NCBI RefSeq assembly: GCF_006345805.1
Contig: NC_043002.1
Location: forward strand, 90,024,001-90,088,000
Direction: 5' to 3'
Source: Octopus sinensis
Taxonomy: Eukaryota
DNA length: 64,000 nucleotides
Shown here one piece after another: positions 1 through 14,247 of this stretch. How positions within the stretch are numbered: position 1 is the stretch's first letter; every line of letters starts with the position of its first letter. The notes below the pieces were generated by a model that saw nothing but the letters and a program-made list of their open reading frames with translations, had not been told where the DNA came from and searched no databases. Position numbers and translations under genes: made by a program.

Positions 1-83
1 ACTGCTAAGTTATAGGGACGTAAACACACCAGCATCAATTGTCAAGCAATGTTGGGGGAACAAACACAGACACACAAACATAT

Positions 84-126
<43 letters not shown>

Positions 127-282
127 TACGACGGGCTTCTTTCAGTTTCCGTCTACCAAATACACTCACAATTCTTTGGTCGGCCCAAGGCTATAGTAGA
201 AGACACTTGTCCAAGGTGCCACACAGTGGGACTGAACCCAGTACCATGTGGTTCATAGGAAGCTACTTACCATGCTGCCACT
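1..282 (-). mobile_element. tRNA-derived SINE family A (internal TA/TG microsatellite), partial
   Basis: Reverse complement of the 5' half and middle of the full copy at 671-1112. Confidence 0.85.
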
Positions 283-289
283 CTGACCA

Positions 290-597
290 TTTGCACATGT
301 GGAAGTTGTTTGCATGATGGATTTCCCAGATACTCACACCTTTTCAGAAGAAGGAATTAGTCAGTTGCTCCCAGGCTCTTTTGGCAATGTGCCAAGAAAA
401 TGAGGAGGATTTTTTCAGCAGAAGTATCACACAGGATGAAACATGGGTCCATCACTATGATCCTGAAACTAAAATCCAGTCGAAGTAATGGGAGAAGTGT
501 GTCACCATTGGTGGTGGCTATGTAGAAAAGTACTAATAATCATGCTAATTTTCATTTATCCCAAGAAGTGGAAATCTTTAATGAACACCCCCTCGTA
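290..597 (+). mobile_element. Internally deleted mariner (Tc1/mariner) remnant
   Basis: Encodes ITQDETWVHHYDPETKIQS (first catalytic D region) joined to WEKCVTIGGGYVEK (mariner C-terminus). Ends in TIR-like GAACACCCCCTCG followed by TA. Confidence 0.85.
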
Positions 598-670
598 TAT
601 ATACACATACACTTATTTATTCATTTATTGAACAGTGTAAGAGTAAACCATTTGAAAAACATGCAGTATA

Positions 671-835
671 GGCGTAGGAGTGGCTGTGTGGTAAGTAGCT
701 TGCTTAACAACCACATGGTTCTGGGTTCAGTCCCACTGCATGGCACTTTGGGCAAGTGTCTTCTATTATAGCCTTGGGCCGACCAAAGCCTTGTGAGTGG
801 ATTTGGTAGACGGAAACTGAAAGAATCCCATCGTA

Positions 836-887
<52 letters not shown>

Positions 888-1112
888 GTGTGTGTGTGTG
901 TGTGTGTGTGTTTGTGTGTCTGTGTTTGTCCCTCCAACATCACTTGACAACCGATGCTAGTGTGTTTACGTCCCCATAACTTAGTGGTTCGGCAAAAGAG
1001 ACCAATAGAATAAGTACTAGGCTTACAAAGAATAAGTCCTGGGGTCGATTTGCTCGACTAAAGGCGGTGCTCCAGCATGGCCGCAGTCAAGTGACTGAAG
1101 CAAGTAAAAGAG
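671..1112 (+). mobile_element. tRNA-derived SINE family A, full length
   Basis: Head has box A (TGGCTGTGTGGT) and box B (GGTTCAGTCCC), then an internal (TA)n(TG)n tract and tail ...GACTGAA.CAAGTAAAAGAG. More than 15 related copies or fragments lie in the window. Confidence 0.9.
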
Positions 1113-1566
1113 TATCCATGTGACTTTGCAATTGTTTTTATAATTTTTTCCAGAATAATCCAGGGAAGTACTTTTATCACGAATTTATAAATGTAAGCCC
1201 TTTTCATTGGAAGCCAGTTTGATAAATGCCAATGCACATAACCCTTAGTTTTTCAGTCACTCTATAACCTCTACTGATCATAAAAAAAAGAACTGTATAT
1301 ATATGTGTGTGTGTATGTATGTATATGTATATGTGTATGTATATGTGGGTCTGTATATGTGTGTGTGTGAGTGTGTGTGTGTGTATAATATATATGTATA
1401 TATACACAGATACATACATATACACATACATACACACAGGTATATACTAAAGTAATGAAATATGGTGTATATATCTTTATGTTACACACACACTATGGTA
1501 TTGAAGTGTACATATTTATATATACATATGTATATATATATATATATATAATATATATATATATAA

Positions 1567-1600
<34 letters not shown>

Positions 1601-2384
1601 AACTTACATGTGTGTGTGTGTGCTATGTAAGTATGCATCAACCATAGATACAATACAAAATATCTTTGTACAATATTGTGGCATTTATTAGCAACAAAGA
1701 CAGTGAAGTGTGAAATTGGCCATCATCTACCTTAGAGGCTAACCATGGGATACTTCAGCCAATATTCTTCAAGTTGTCTGAATTGTCAAACGATCTTCAC
1801 AAACTTTGGTTCACCGGTCAAGTTACCATAATCACTTCCAAAGTATCCATAAATTTTTTGTCAGTTTATTTCTCATAACATAACAACTTTCTTTTCCAGA
1901 TAGACCAGTATGTTCTACACACTGGCCTCAGATGCACAAGAAGGCATCACCTTTCTTATAGTTGGTCTTAGAATGTAATTTGTTGCTGATTGGCTGAGTG
2001 ATTTGGTGATGGATTATTGATGTAAAGGTCAGAAGTTGAACTACTAGCATTGCATTGTGTTTTTAATTGGTCTCATTCTTGATATCTATACCAGAATCTA
2101 TTACCAGAAACATTTCCGTGTAGCTTAACATTGAATCAATGTGAAGTATCTATTCAGTTGTCAAATATTTTATGCAACAATTCTTAACCATGCTTTTTTT
2201 TTATTACAAGATGGCATCTCTTGTGACTGTTTCATCTTTCATTTTAATCTGACATTTATTCCAATGAGTTTGAAAGTAATTTGAAAGAAAAAAAAGAAAT
2301 TAATAATGAAAAAGTATGTACTAGCTTGTAAATAGGGAATTATCTCCCTTGTTTCAAGTGGTTTCTTTAATTGTTTCTAATAAA

Positions 2385-3382
2385 ACTAATTCTTTCTAAT
2401 TTTGGCATAAGGCCAACAGCTTTGATAGACAGGAAGTAGTTGATACCATCGACCCCCACCCCCATATTTAACTTGTATTTTATTTTAACAATCCTAAAAG
2501 GATGAATGGCGAAGTTGACCATCACAAGTATTCTTTTCTACTCAAGGCACAAGGCCCGAAATCTTTTTTTTTTGGGTGGGGGGTATCAGTCGATTAGATC
2601 GACCCCAGTATGCAACTGAAAGGATAAAAGGTAAAGTCGACCCTGAAGGATAAAAGGTAAAGTCGACCTTAGCAGAATTTGAACTCAGAATGTATGCACT
2701 CGAAATGTAAATACTGGAACAAATACTGGAAGGCATTTTGTCTGATGCTCTTATGATTCTACCAGTTCACCAACCTAATAATAAAGGTACAAGATCTAAA
2801 ATTCTTTGGGAGAGAAGATTGATTAGTCAATTACGTCAACCCCTGTGCTTAACTAGTATTTATTTTATTGACCCTGAAAGGATGAGAGGCAAAGCTGACC
2901 TTGGCGGAATTTGAAAGCCTTTCACCCAGTGTCCTAACAATTTTGTCAGCTTGCAAAATAATAGTAATTCTTTCTACTATAGGAACAAGTCCTGAAAAGT
3001 CTGGGGGAAGAGGATAATCAATTACATCAACCCCATTGCTTAACTGGTACTTATTTTTATCAACTTTGGAAGGAGGAAAGGCAAGTCAACAATAGTAATA
3101 ATGGTTTTAAATTTTGGCCCAGGGCCAGCAGTTTCTGAGGGGAAGAGAAGTTGATTACATTGATCCCAGTACTTGACTGAGATGATTTGAAATTTGGGCA
3201 CAAGGCCAGCAATTTCGATTGCAACGACCCCAGTGCTCAACTGGTACTTATTTTATCAGCCCCAAAAGGATGAAAGGCAAAGTCAAACTTGGCAGAATTT
3301 GAACTGAGAACATAAATGACAGATGAAATGCCACTAAACATTTTGTCTGGGATGATAGCGATTCTGCCAGCTCACCACCTTA
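2385..3382 (-). mobile_element. Cluster of degenerate SINE family B copies
   Basis: GACCCC..AAGGATGAAAGGCAAAGTCGACC..GGC.GAATTTGAACT recurs about 5 times, matching the cleaner copy at 16387-16616. Confidence 0.75.
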
Positions 3383-3391
3383 AAAATACTG

Positions 3392-3441
<50 letters not shown>

Positions 3442-3589
3442 GGGCACTGCACACATCTTATGCAAAACACTTTCAATACAGTAACCATAAGAGCATCACA
3501 GCAAACCACAGCACATACCCAAGGCACACAGAGCTGTGCTCGATAGTGAAGTGAAAGCATGCTATAAAAATAAAACTACTGAATAATAA

Positions 3590-4205
3590 TCATCATCATC
3601 ATCATCATCATTTAGCGTCCGTTTTCCATGCTAGCATGGGTTGGACGGTTCAACTGGGGTCTGGGGAGCCCGAAGGCTGCACCAGGCCAGTCAGATCTGG
3701 CAGTGTTTCTACAGCTGGATGCCCTTCCTAACGCCAAACCACTCCGAGAGTGTAGTGGGTGATTTTATGTGCCACCGACACAGGTGCCAGACGAGGCTGG
3801 CGAACGGCCACGCTCGGATGGTGTTTTTATGTGCCACCGACACGGTTGCCAGACGAGGCTGGCAGACGGCCACGCTCGGATGGTGTTTTTATGTGCCACC
3901 GACACAGGTGCCAGATGAGGCTGGCAGACGGCCACGCTCGGATGGTGTTTTTATGTGCCAACGGACACAGGTGCCAGATTGAGGCTGGCAGACGGCCACG
4001 ACGGATGGTGTTTGTTACGTCCCCAAAGCACGGAGGCCAGTCTATGCGGTACTGGCTACGGCCACATTCGGATGATTTTCTTGTGTGCCACCGGCACTGG
4101 TACCACAAAGATACAATTCATTTATGTTCATCTATTTTGATTTGTTTTGATTTGATTTGATTTTCACTTGCCTCAAAGGTCTTCACAAGTGTCACAGAAG
4201 GAAGG
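3590..4205 (-). mobile_element. SINE family C (GGAAGGGCATCCAG domain, (GAT)n tail) with internal 62-bp tandem array
   Basis: Minus strand ends ...CCCATGCTAGCATGGAAAACGGACGCTAAATGATGATG. The same 3' module is at about 8210-8370, 13290-13432, 18975-19150, 26548-26720, 42330-42670, 54190-54357 and 60997-61151. Confidence 0.8.
3763..4015. repeat. 62-bp minisatellite, about 4 units
   Basis: TTTTATGTGCCA..GACAC.G.TGCCAGA.GAGGCTGGC..ACGGCCACGCTCGGATGGTGT starts at 3763, 3825, 3887 and 3949. Confidence 0.9.
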
Positions 4206-5338
4206 AATAATAATGATAATAATAATAATAATAATAATAATAATATATGTTAATATTCTAGTCTACATTTTGTTATTTATAAAGTTATTGCTATAAATTA
4301 AAAATTTTCCTAGTGATTGTGAGTTAGAACAATTTCATTTTACTTATACCACTAATACTTTTTGGGGAAGAATAATTCTCATAACTTCCCATTTTCTTCT
4401 TAGAAATCTCGGATTTCATCATTATATATTAACCCCTCCCACCCATACAACACACTTCTGTGCTTGCATACACATGCACACACACACACACACACCCACC
4501 CACACACACACACACACTATTTTAATTCTTCTGTTCTATTGTGTGATTTATTCCTTACAACATACAACAGCTTAACGATACCTTCTCCTTTGACAACACC
4601 ACCAACACCACCAGCAAAATTAACTAACAAACAAACACACAATAAGGAGGAAAAGCTTTACTCTTAACTGCATTCTGTCATTATCAATTGATAAAGTCTT
4701 CTGGAATCATTTGGTTGAGATCACATTGAAATTTAATATATTTGTAGAACTATTCTAAGGCTAAAGTTCCAGTTGATGAAATACTGGTTTATGTTATTCC
4801 ATTATCACAATTCTGTGACATATATATGTAGTGGAGTGTGAAATACTTTGCCTATAAGTTGTTTTATATTGACTTTTAATTGGAGAAATAAAAATCTTCA
4901 AAAACTATAAAATATGCTAAAAATAAAAAAGGCATCAGAGACCAACAAATAAAGTTAGGTTAGAAAATAATGGTTATTTGACATTGTCCTCCACCAGTAG
5001 CTTAGAGTGGGTTTTGGCTACCCTTTGCAGTGTGGCAGCCAAATTGACTGTCCACACTTTTTAAATTTAACATAGCTTTTACTACAGCAAGCACACATTT
5101 GTAAAATGACTAAACTGTGTGCTCTTCACACCTCATGCTACACATCTATCCTCCACCTATGCACCCCCGTAGCGGGAATATTCTGCAGTTAGATCACTCC
5201 ATCTGGTGTTGCAATTTGCAAGGATATTTCCCATGTGATAAAAAATTCTAACCGATCATAACTTTGCCTAGAACAGGCTCCAGCAGTGATTCCATCTTTC
5301 CACACCTTTCTCTCTGAGCCTGTCCAACACTATAAGTT

Positions 5339-5820
5339 TGTAGTGACGCTACTGTGTAAGTTTCAGCGCACATGCACAGAATTGGATTGCTTCCGGTTGG
5401 CCACCGGAAGTTTTCCTCATGCGCATGTGCAGGAAATGGAACCTAAAAGCCTGACTGCTAAATCAGTCTTTCTGGCATGAGCAGTGCTAGCGGTCGGACG
5501 TGGCTTGAGTTTCTCTCAGAGAACAACCCTACACTCAGAGAACCTCACCCCAACGAAGCGGGAGTGAACCGGCAAATCATCTTGACTCGCAACAAGAAAG
5601 CATCGCAACCAGTCCTGCGGATTCGGCTGCCAGCTTCCCTACTAGAGATATACGTGCACTAGTTCTTACCTGTAACCGCAGAATAAACCACCACGTACTG
5701 TGATCGAAGACCGCCTGACTTTGTCTCTGTTTATTCAACTTAAATTGTATGTGACAGGATCAGATCGGACACCCCTCCAGTGTTCCTGAACTCCCATCCT
5801 ATTATAATTGGTGACCCCGA
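5339..5820 (+). mobile_element. LTR of a Ty3/gypsy-like retrotransposon with tRNA-Trp primer binding site
   Basis: Begins TGTAG, has AATAAA near 5682, ends TTATA (decayed CTACA) at 5806. Followed by TGGTGACCCCGA (5809-5820), complementary to the tRNA-Trp 3' end. CpG-richer than the flanks. Confidence 0.65.
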
Positions 5821-6619
5821 AAAAAGAAAACAGAAGCACACAGCGAACAGGCTTGCCACACTTTGACTACATGACCGAGAGTATTGGTAGACACCACTGG
5901 AAGCAGCCAATTGTGATGACAGAGAGCAGCTGATCTGAGCTGACAACAACCACAATGAATGATCGATGACAGCAATGCAATAAGCAGAAGCTACCTCTTT
6001 GATTGCTATAACAATTACACCAAGAACAATAACACTCAAACCCTCTCAATGTTTTGTTGTTTGTAGTAACGACAACCTTTGCTTTTTGGTTATGGGAAGA
6101 ATAAAATTAAGTTTATTCAAAATATCCCATCAGACTTCTGTAATCTTCTTCCATGTAACGGCCCTATAATGGGATGGAATAGAACTCTTTTATCTTTTAT
6201 ATTGTTTCAGTCACTGGACTGCACAGCCATGCTGGGTTACTGCCATAGGGTGTTCAGCTGAACAAATCGATCCCTGTACTTATTATTTATCTTTTTGTTT
6301 GGTACTCATTCTAGGTCTCTTTTGCTGACTTGCTAAATTACGGGGATATAAACAAACCAACACTGGTGGCTGGGGACAGGCACAAAGAACACAAAACCAT
6401 TGCATGTATCATTATCGTTTCATATCTATTTTCCATGCTTGGATGGTTTGACAGGGGCTGGTGAGCCAGAGTACTGCACCAGCTCCTGTCTAGTGTGTAT
6501 GTGCATGTGTGTGTGTGTGCATGCACACATGCGTGTGTGTGTGTGTGTGCATGCACACATGCGTGTGTGTGTGTGTGTGCATGCACACATGCGTGTGTGT
6601 GTGTGTGTGAAAATGCATG

Positions 6620-6930
6620 AATTAGTGGTTAAAGTATTCAGTTCACAATTGTTAGGTCATGAGTTCAATTCCTGGCAACATTTTGTATCCCAGAGCTAGA
6701 CACTTTATTTCACATTGCTCCAGCCCACTCAGGTAGCAACAATGAGTTCTACATGTAATTCAAAGTGCTACCTGTGTCAAATCCTGTATCATGCTGAATC
6801 TTTCTGGGAACTATGTTCAGGGTACACTTGTGTGTGGAGTGCTCAGCCACTTGCATATTAATCTCATGAGCAGGCTGTTCTATTGATCAGATCAACCGGA
6901 ACGTTTGTCATCATAACTGATGGAGTGCCA
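6620..6930 (+). mobile_element. Degenerate SINE family D
   Basis: Decayed tRNA head plus the tail TGTGGAGTGCTCAGCCACTTGCA..TTAAT.TCA.GAGCAGGCTGTT seen at 46109-46488. Confidence 0.7.
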
Positions 6931-7434
6931 ATGTCAGATACATATGCGTATATATACACACACGACAGGCTTCAACACAGTTTCCTTCTACCAAATTCAC
7001 TCACATTGGGCATTGAACTATAGTAGAAGTCACTTGGCCAAGATGCCATACAGCAGGATTGAATCTGAAACCATTTGGTTGCAAACCAATCTTCTTAACC
7101 ACATAGCCATACCTGCACCTACAAAAAGATATCTTAATAAAAAAAAAAAGATAAATTAAAGGGAAAATAAAATAAAATAAATTCCAAAAATAAATAAAAG
7201 TTTTTCAGTAATGGAGTATAAAAGTGTTTATATTTGGTTGCAACTTCACTGACTAGAGTTAGTGTGAAGATTAATTTCCTGGATAAACAGTTTATAGTAT
7301 ATTGTTGTCTAGTTCTTCACTCTAGACAACTATATTACACTATACTATTTCTGTGTGTGTGTCTATGTGTGTGTGTGTGTGTATCTATATCTATATCTAT
7401 ATATCTATAAATATATATCTGTATATATCTATAT

Positions 7435-7490
<56 letters not shown>

Positions 7491-7621
7491 ATATGAATGT
7501 AGTGATACTGTATATTGTGTCTACTTCATCACTCTAGACATCTAAATCATACCATACATACACATGCACATGCATATATAAACACTCACATATATGTATA
7601 TACATACATACATCATATATA

Positions 7622-7673
<52 letters not shown>

Positions 7674-7794
7674 AGGAAAAATTACCCCACCATTTATTGA
7701 TCTATATATATATATATATATATTTATATACGTATATATAATATGAGATAGATAAAACGGAATTCACAAGAATCTTTATTATTCACTATGATAC

Positions 7795-7965
7795 ACATTG
7801 CATGGTTTGGTCATGTGATGTGCATGGATGAGGTCAGTATAAAGAAGTGCTGAGCACTAATTGTGGAGGGAACCTATGGATGAGGTAGACCCAGGAAGAT
7901 GTGGGATGAAGTGGTGAGCAAAGATCTTCAGATGCTGAGCCTCACTGAGGAAATGAGGGACAGGT
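7795..7965 (+). mobile_element. RTE-clade LINE 3' fragment
   Basis: Decayed L.WFGHV ... GRPRK.W.EVV.KDL motif typical of the RTE ORF C-terminus. A similar piece lies on the minus strand of no other locus checked; another plus-strand piece is at about 53845-54025. Confidence 0.7.
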
Positions 7966-8838
7966 AGATGTCTCTGGCAAAGTCATATTGGTTTATTGTT
8001 TCATATCGCCACATCTTGTTTAATATTGCTACATTTACTGGTCCCTCAGTGAGGGACCAGTAGATGTGGTGATTTGTAGTACTTGGTAAGATGCATGAAG
8101 CTAAGTAAAATCGCTGTCTTCCACACATACAGGCTTGTTCTTTCAGGTGGCAGTGCCACTTGAAAAGCATACCAATGACACATAAAAACCACCCAGCACA
8201 CTCTGTTAAGTGGTTGGCATAAAGAAGGACACCCAGCCGTAGAAACCATGTCGCAACACACAGTTGTAGTGTGGACAGCTTCCTGCTAACCAGCTCCGTG
8301 TCAAACCGTCCAACCCATGCCAGCATGGAAAGTGGACTGTAAATAACAATGATGATGATGATGTTGATCATAGTGAATGATAAAGAATCTCATGAAGTCC
8401 ATTTTCTTTTTCTCATATTTTTCAAACTCTATGGACACAATAGAATTCCGGAAGTAAATCCAGTGGCATATACCTCTGTATTGTTGATGACATCAGGTGG
8501 CCAAATACTGTGAAGAAGCTTTAAATTGCATACTACAAGGTGTATACCCAAATTTAAAATTATTACATACATACATACATATTTACATACTTTATTACAT
8601 TATTACAAACATAAATAAATACATACATACATAGAGAGTCAACATCCATTGACAAGGTTGCAACATTTTGGAAGAAAAAATATAAATAATAAATGAGTGG
8701 AAATTGAACCGGTGAGTGTGTTAAATACGAGGTGTTAAAACAATATGACTTTGCCAGTGACAGCATAATTTGCTTCAACACATGAATTCACATAAAGGAT
8801 ATTGCAAACCAGATACAAAAATGAAGTAAACAAAACAA

Positions 8839-8878
<40 letters not shown>

Positions 8879-10204
8879 AACACACACACACATATGTATG
8901 TGGCATAGGTGCAGGAGTGGATGTGCGGCTAGGCATAAGAGTGGATGTGTGGATAGATGCAGGAGTGGCTGTGGGGTAAGAAGCTTGCTTCCCAACCACA
9001 TGGTTCCGGGTTCAGGCCCACTGTGTGGCACCTTGGGCAAATTACCTTCTACTATGGCCTCGGGCTGACCAAAGCCTATGAGTGGATTTAGTTGACAGAA
9101 ACTCAAAGAAGCTGTTGTATATATGTTGCCATGGTCACGGCAGATTATGCAGTTTCTCATATGAGATGGAGACTGATTAAAACTCTGCTCAATGGGATGC
9201 TCAGGAGGACCTGAGAATATACCCACAAATGGTGAATGCAGCAACACTCAGTGATGGTGCATACTCCCACACCTGAATTGATCTGACATTTGATGAAATA
9301 ATTTGAATGCTAAAGCGTTAAATATCTCAGCATGGATATGTTTTCTTTGCAACTAATCTCCTGTTGAGCCAAGTCTGTAAATTCTGGTAGGGGCCATATT
9401 AGACTCCATATATAACAGGTGTTGTTGTTGTTTAACTCTGATTGAATAAACCAATAATCAAAAGCATTCTTTGCATGACAATCCCCTTTTCTTTTTTCCA
9501 GAAAGTCTACATTCAAACGCTATGTGTCCTTCCTTTTTATAACATGGTAAAATGTGATTTGAAGAAAATTTGGCTGTTATTTCTAGTGGTTTGAACAACG
9601 ACAAAGATTTTCTGCACTTAGAACCAGTAATTTGAAGAAAATTGGTTGTTACTTCTAGTGGTTGCAAAAACAGCATAAATGTTTTCTGCATTGAAACCCA
9701 GTGTGTCCTTCCTTTCACTGGATGGTAAAATGTGATATGAATAAAATTTGGTTGTTATTACTAATAGGTTGAGCAATCACATAAAAACCTCTTCATTATG
9801 TCATTGGAAATTTATTCTAGGGCCCAGCAACAAAATACTTTAAGTGAATAAGCCCATTTAGCTTTGCAAATTCAAGAGAATCTTAGTGGCTGTCTATTAT
9901 ATGTCACGTGTTTTGTGTAGCAGAATCGTTAGCATGCTGGAAAAATGCTTAGTAGCATTTTGTCCGATTTTACATTCTGAAGTCAAATTCTGCTGAGGTC
10001 AACTTTGCCATTCCTCCTTTCTGGGTTGATAAAATAAATACAATTTGAACACTAGGATTGATGTGATCTAACTGTTCTATGTCCAAATCAGCAAGATCCT
10101 ACCTCTTGCACCTACCCTACAATGTCGCTCTAAAAATAAAACAGTCACTTCATCAAAATCTTGAAGCTACATGACAATGCATAATTAATTCAAGACAATA
10201 TGTC

Positions 10205-10750
<546 letters not shown>

Positions 10751-11764
10751 AGTAGAAATGCTATTTACACCCATGAAAGTGGTGAGTGTCTGCGATTAGA
10801 TTTTTCCCACTCAGAACTGGCCTGTGGTTTAACAGAAATATAAAGAAGAGTGCTTCGTCAGTTTTTATGAGAACAAGGACAGAGGGTGTGGAACTGTGAA
10901 TATAGTTAGTGTAGTTGCTTGTGGTTAGTTTTAAATTTAGTTAACTGATTGTATTGATCTTGTGAGAGAGGGAGGGAGTGGTTGGTTAATTAATAACACC
11001 TCTTGGACCATTAGTGCCTTGTTGTCATAGTAATAGAATGACAGCAACAATGATAATAACAGTAATGATGATATCAGGGTTTCCATAAAATAGAGAATAA
11101 ATAAATTAATGAAAGTAATTTAATACTATTTTAGACATAACAGTTAAATTTGTTTTACAGTAAGAGGGAGAGGAAGAAGAAGAAGGAAAGGAGAAGCACA
11201 TACATGCACATGCACATACATATAAATGCACACACACATACACACACACACACACACACAGTGCTCTAACAGACATATACACATGTACAAACAGATATAT
11301 ATACATATAGATATATATATATTATATATACAGATAGACACACATACATGGGCAGATTAGACACATACAGGCACAGGTGCACTCACACACACATGTATAA
11401 ATACAAGTAGACATAGATAAATAAACGCACACATATATGAGCTATACTTACACACATGCACATATTGATTCAAACACACAGAAGTGCACAAATAGATACA
11501 CTCATATACAAACACTTACACATACATAAATAGATACATGCACGTGTAAACAGATGCGTACACATATATATAGACACAGAAACATATACACAGATACACA
11601 CACATGCACACTTTTACAGATAGACATGCATATGTACATACATTAACACACATGATTCGATATGCAAACACATGCACGGATAATTACACTCACATACTTA
11701 CATACACAGATATATGCACACAAGCACTGATAGACATATGCATGCACAGATATATATATATATG

Positions 11765-11797
<33 letters not shown>

Positions 11798-11947
11798 CTC
11801 GCACATGGAATTAAGAAGTGGGCATTTTAAACTGGTCATGTTGCATACGTGCATATATATGTATGTATAAGTTTGTATATGTAAGTATTCGTATGCTGTA
11901 TATATATATATATATATATGCATGTATTTATGTTTCTCTCTGCGTAT

Positions 11948-12006
11948 ATTCCACTGATGAGGCAAAGCATTTTTAAATGCAAAGTCCGAAATCCGGGATC
12001 TGGAAT
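11948..12006 (+). ncRNA. Minimal type I hammerhead ribozyme
   Basis: ATTCCA-CTGATGA-GG(C AAAGCATTTTTAAATGCAAAGT)CC-GAAA-TCCGGGA-TC^TGGAAT. Six-bp stem I, intact core, near-palindromic stem III, AUC triplet. Confidence 0.75.
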
Positions 12007-12144
12007 TATCCAGTAATTTTTTACTAGTTTTATTTTGTCTTCTTGTCTTCTCTCCTTGTGCTATATGAACACTTAAGGTGGTTTTAGAGTCACATACTGG
12101 CTGCTATTTTCAGCATGGTGGTATCTCGTAGATACCCTAAGTTG

Positions 12145-12203
<59 letters not shown>

Positions 12204-12657
12204 ATGTGTGTGTGTGTGTGTGTGCTCACACATATAAACATACACCCGCATATAGACACTTGCATATGCACAGGTAGATATACACATGTACATAGATATA
12301 TAGTCATACATGTATCAATGAACATGCATACATATTCACATACAGATATACTTGTTTGCATACTGTTACATCCATACATATAAACAGATGCACATACAGA
12401 AGCACACACATACACCGAGATGCATTAATAAGCAGAGCTGCACATTCACACATAGATGCACAATGCACACAAATGCATGTAGTGACACAGAGGTGCACAT
12501 AATTATTGTTGGCTCTTAATGAGTATTTTTATATTTCATAAAACTGATGATTACTTCCTCAAATTTTATTAGCAACATGCTAGTTTACCAATATTGGGGT
12601 GAATGTCATGGAAGGATCAACATGATAACTGTCAACATTGTTCATTGGGGTTCCAAG

Positions 12658-12874
12658 CTCTTTAGCGTTCATATTACTCTGTCAAATGTAATATTTATTT
12701 ACATTGTTTTTAATTAATCATGCATTATCTCGTAGCTTTGAAATTTTGATGATGTGATTGTTTATATTCCGAATGACATTGTAGGGTAGGTGTGAGAGAT
12801 CAGACCTGGCTGGTTTTGAATATAATCCAGACAGAATATTTTGGCCAGATATGGCCAGTTTAAATGCTAAAGGG
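12658..12874. mobile_element. Putative MITE (piggyBac-like termini)
   Basis: Termini CTCTTTAGCGTTCA and TAAATGCTAAAGGG are imperfect inverted repeats. A related end, GAATGCTAAAGCGTTAA, is at about 9305-9321. Confidence 0.45.
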
Positions 12875-13586
12875 AGTCAACAAGGGACCTCTATATAGTT
12901 AGTCTGCTGGAAATAGCAATCAAATCTCCCTCAAAGCACACCCTACTGTTTTAAAAAAAGGATACCATTAGACTATGAAATCTTAGATGGAAAGTCTTGG
13001 CTGGAATACCTTTGATCATAGGTTTCCTCAATGAAGGCAGGTATGAAATTAAGTAAGAACTTTTCTGTAGCGATTGAAAATAACAAAGAAATTAAGATAA
13101 AAATAAGAAAATAATATAAAAGTCTGTATTTTAGCAAACCTTGGTCACTGCCAGCATCATGGTTGTGGTTGTGCTTGTTGCTGGTGCCATGTAAATAGCA
13201 GCCGTGAATCATTGTCAAGGTCATTGCTGGTGTCATGTAAATGGCACTGGTGCCGGTGACAATCAAAAGCACCCATTACTCTCCTGGAGTGGATGGCATT
13301 TGGAAGGGCATCCAGCCATAGAAACCATGCCAAAATCAGACTGGGGCCTTGTGCAGCTCTCCAGCTTATCAGCCCCAGTTAAAACGTCTAACCCATGCCA
13401 GCATGGAGAGTGGATGTTAAATGATGATGATGTGAGATTAAGGAATTTACTTTGCAGTGATATGGCTTGGAGTTCAGTCCCACTGTACATCACCTTGAGC
13501 AAGTGACCTCTACTGTAGGCCAAGGTTGACCAAAGGTTTGTGATTTACTTTAAGTAATCAGAAAACTGTGTAGGAAGCCTCTAGGA

Positions 13587-14247
13587 CAGTGGTTCTCAAA
13601 CAAATTCCACATGAAACTTGAGGTTCCATATAAGGTTTTGTTGCTAAAGTTTTTATGTAAGAAATTGGTTATATTTTCACAATATACAAAATATTTTAAC
13701 AATTCTTTAATACAGTTCCTAATAATATTTAATCATATAAGTGTAGGAGTAGCTGTGTGGTAAGAAGCTTGCTTACCAGCCACATGGTTCTGGGTTCAGT
13801 CCCACTGCATGGCACCATGGGCAAATGTCTTCTACTATAGCCTCAGGCCGACCAAAGACTTGTGAGTCGATTTGGTAGACGGAAACTGAAAGAAGCCCGT
13901 CGTATATATGTATGTGTTTGTGCATATGTTTGTGTATATGTGTTTGTCCCCGCAACATCGCTTGACAACCGATGCTGGTGTTTTTTACATCCCCGTAACT
14001 TAGCGGTTCAGCAAAAGAGACCAATAGAATAAGTACTAGGCATAAAAAGAATAAGTCCTGGGATCAATTTGCTCGACTAAAAGTGGTGCTCCAGCATGGC
14101 CACAGTCAAATGACTGAAACAAGTAAAATAGTAAAAGAGTGTAAAATATAATAGGATGTTTTTAAGACAATGAATGTGTAAGAGGGTTCAGTAGAATAAA
14201 ATAGGAAACAAAGGAGTCCACAGCTAAAAAATGGTTGAGAAACGCTG
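13587..14247. mobile_element. hAT (Charlie-like) MITE interrupted by a SINE
   Basis: TIRs CAGTGGTTCTCAAAC and GGTTGAGAAACGCTG. No intact 8-bp TSD seen. Confidence 0.6.
13740..14145 (+). mobile_element. SINE family A nested in the hAT MITE
   Basis: Full head-to-tail match to 671-1112. Confidence 0.88.

Noticed and set aside
3763-4015. Regular repeats resembling a CRISPR array
   Set aside because: Units are contiguous tandem copies without unique spacers, in a eukaryotic context with no cas genes.
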